DNA of 64,000 nt from Chiloscyllium plagiosum. Lineage: Eukaryota. This document shows positions 62,152 to 64,000 of this stretch, in pieces (position 1 is the first letter of the stretch; each line of letters opens with the position of its first letter). The stretch is from positions 24,702,901-24,766,900 of the forward strand of contig NC_057720.1 in assembly GCF_004010195.1 (NCBI RefSeq), in the 5' to 3' direction. The notes beneath the pieces were generated by a model. That model was not told the origin of the DNA, did not search any database, and saw only the letters and a program-made list of their open reading frames with translations. Made by a program: the position numbers and the translations under genes.

Positions 62152-63920
62152 ATGTGAAAGGCATTATATAATGAATGCATGGTTACGGGGATAGGGGAGT
62201 GGATCCGGGTGGGATGCTGTTTAGAGGGTTGGTGTGGACTTGATGGGCTGAATTGCCTGCTTCCACACTGTAGGGAGCCAATGAACAGCCTTTAAAGTGT
62301 TAATTGTGATCTGTCTCTGAATCACTTGTACCTGGCTGTACATAATGTTAGTATATCCAAGTAACATCTTGCTATTTTATTCAGAACCAATAAAGGAAAA
62401 CTATTCAGGGATTCAAAATATCACCCAGTTAGTGGAAGCTGTTGCTTTATTTACTATGTTCAGTGTCTGAGTATCTGTGCGCTGCCAAACATAAAGTCAC
62501 CCAACTTAGTGAGTTTCCATTTAGTACCTTGCTGCCTCACCCAGCTAACTTGGGCTGGTTAAATAACACCCGTTTAGGCGTTCAAAGGCTGAGCATTTTA
62601 AACAGTTTAACTTTACTTTTGAGAAAGATGCCCAGCTTGCTAGCAGTCTGTTTTTTGATAAATTTATTTGTGCAATTGCTGCAGCTGCTCATTCCTCAAA
62701 TTAACATAAAAACATTTTCAAGATTCAAATTCATGAAGAAAGTGCAAAGGTAGAGCAATATTCCCACCTGTTTCACCTCATCCTAACAGCTACATGTCAT
62801 TCTGGAATGCATCACCAGCTCTGTCTTTCCTTGTGTAAAATACACAATTAGACATTTTTGTATATAGTAAACAAGTACATTAGCATTAATCAATATGTAA
62901 TGTATTACTAGCTATCAATCACTAGCTATGCAGAATCGGTAACTCACTACTTGCTGAATATTCTCTTGTTGTTAAAATGTACTGTGATAATCTGTAATAT
63001 TTTAGAAACATGTATCCCTATATGGACTCTGCAATCCATTGAATTCCATCCTCCATAATAATATACTGCAAACTACATATTTCCCTTTTATAACATACAA
63101 ATAGCTTCAAGTAATTTCATCCATTTTGAACTGGAGAATATGTGTGAAATTTTCTGAGGGTAAGAGTCTGGGTGGGTTGCTACTCGACTCCTTCAGGGCT
63201 TCTTCCAAAATGCAGAGTGTGCCTTCATTGGTAAACCCCTCTTAGTATAGAGTAAACAGGGCTCCACAGAAACCACAGCCCTGTTTTCCTGGCAGTCATT
63301 TGCCTTATTCTGAAATACATTGCCCCACCCTCACAACCACTTTGACAGTTACTGTGAAACAGTAAGTGCAGAAGGTAAATCTGTGGGCAAGGATAGGGTT
63401 CCAGCTGGATAGGATGCCAAGTGAGTAGGAGGTAAGGAGGTGGATGCAGCATCAGGGGAGAAGCGGGAGTGTTCAAATCCCAGCATATTGTGCCCTGGGC
63501 ATGGAAGGGGCTGTCAGGTCCAGTGGAGGGGTGTTAGTGTGTTCCAGGCATTAGGGGGTGGGGCTGCTGGGTGGGTTTGTTGGGTTCAGGCGCATAGGAG
63601 AGTGTCTATTCAGGGTCTAGGGTGGGTGAAAGCAGCCTGGGGGAATAATGAGGTAATGAGTTGTGAGGTGTGATGTAATGAGGTATGGGTCAGGGTGGGG
63701 CGTGCTCAGTTGAATAGTTACTCAACAGTTCGACCAGCTATTTAATAGTCAAACATTTCCTAAGTAACTATTTACTTAACTGTGGTGGAACCCTCTAGTA
63801 TGCTTTGATTTAAATTGAGACTTTTGGAGGATTTCAGGAGTAGGAGAATTTCCCAGAGAGTTTTCAATTTCCTGGACAATTCTTTTGGGCTCTGCTCCAA
63901 CTGCAGAATCCCATCTACAT

Positions 63921-64000
63921 TTAGATTAGATTACTTACAGCGTGGAAACAGGCCCTTCGGCCTAACAAGTCCACACCGACCCTCCAAAGAGCAACCCACC
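63921..64000 (-). mobile_element. 3' end of an HE1-type SINE (continues beyond window)
   Basis: TTAGATTAGATTACTTACAGCGTGGAAACAGGCCCTTCGGCCTAACAAGTCCACACCGACC matches 14313-14380. Confidence 0.8.

Larger units (their letters stand above)
61175..62277 (+). mobile_element. HE1-type V-SINE split in two (~61175-61383 and 62176-62277) by later insertions
   Basis: TGTCTGTGTGGAGTTT..GGTTCCTCCCACAGTCCAAGAATGTGCAG..GGATTGGCCATGTTAAATTGCCC; resumes TGCATGGTTACGGGGATAGG..CTTCCACACTGTAGGGA. Confidence 0.85.

Noticed and set aside
57450..64000. TIE1 exon 7 (third EGF repeat)
   Set aside because: I found no Cys-rich exon with suitable splice sites; it presumably lies beyond the window.

Overview
Vertebrate genomic DNA, most likely a shark (inferred from HE1-type V-SINEs, Deu-domain SINEs and chondrichthyan-type CR1/Penelope repeats). 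The only host gene I can support is the 5' part of TIE1 (angiopoietin-receptor-family tyrosine kinase) on the + strand. Six coding exons are present: signal peptide 19423-19471, Ig1 48348-48641, Ig2 51596-51706 and 54177-54332, EGF repeats 55437-55568 and 57309-57449. All are phase 1 with GT-AG introns, intron 1 is ~28.9 kb, and the gene continues past the window. The rest is a dense mosaic of transposon relics (CR1, Rex1/Babar, L2, Tx1/L1, Gypsy, a solo LTR, Harbinger, SINEs, Penelope). Main observations: (1) At least four sequence families of minimal hammerhead-ribozyme-like motifs (CUGANGA-N-stem II-GAAA plus a 4-nt palindrome), one on a Penelope element and the others on short TSD-flanked elements that often insert as head-to-head pairs. 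(2) Two such pairs hold a copy of neighbouring genomic DNA between their halves. (3) A core-mutated copy sits ~160 nt upstream of the TIE1 ATG. (4) A perfect 211-bp inverted repeat lies just upstream of exon 6. (5) Three insertions of one Tx1-like family cluster around a local inverted duplication. (6) Ig2 of this TIE1 has two extra cysteines. Exon, TSD and motif coordinates were counted by hand; repeat boundaries are approximate; family names come from motif recognition, not database searches.
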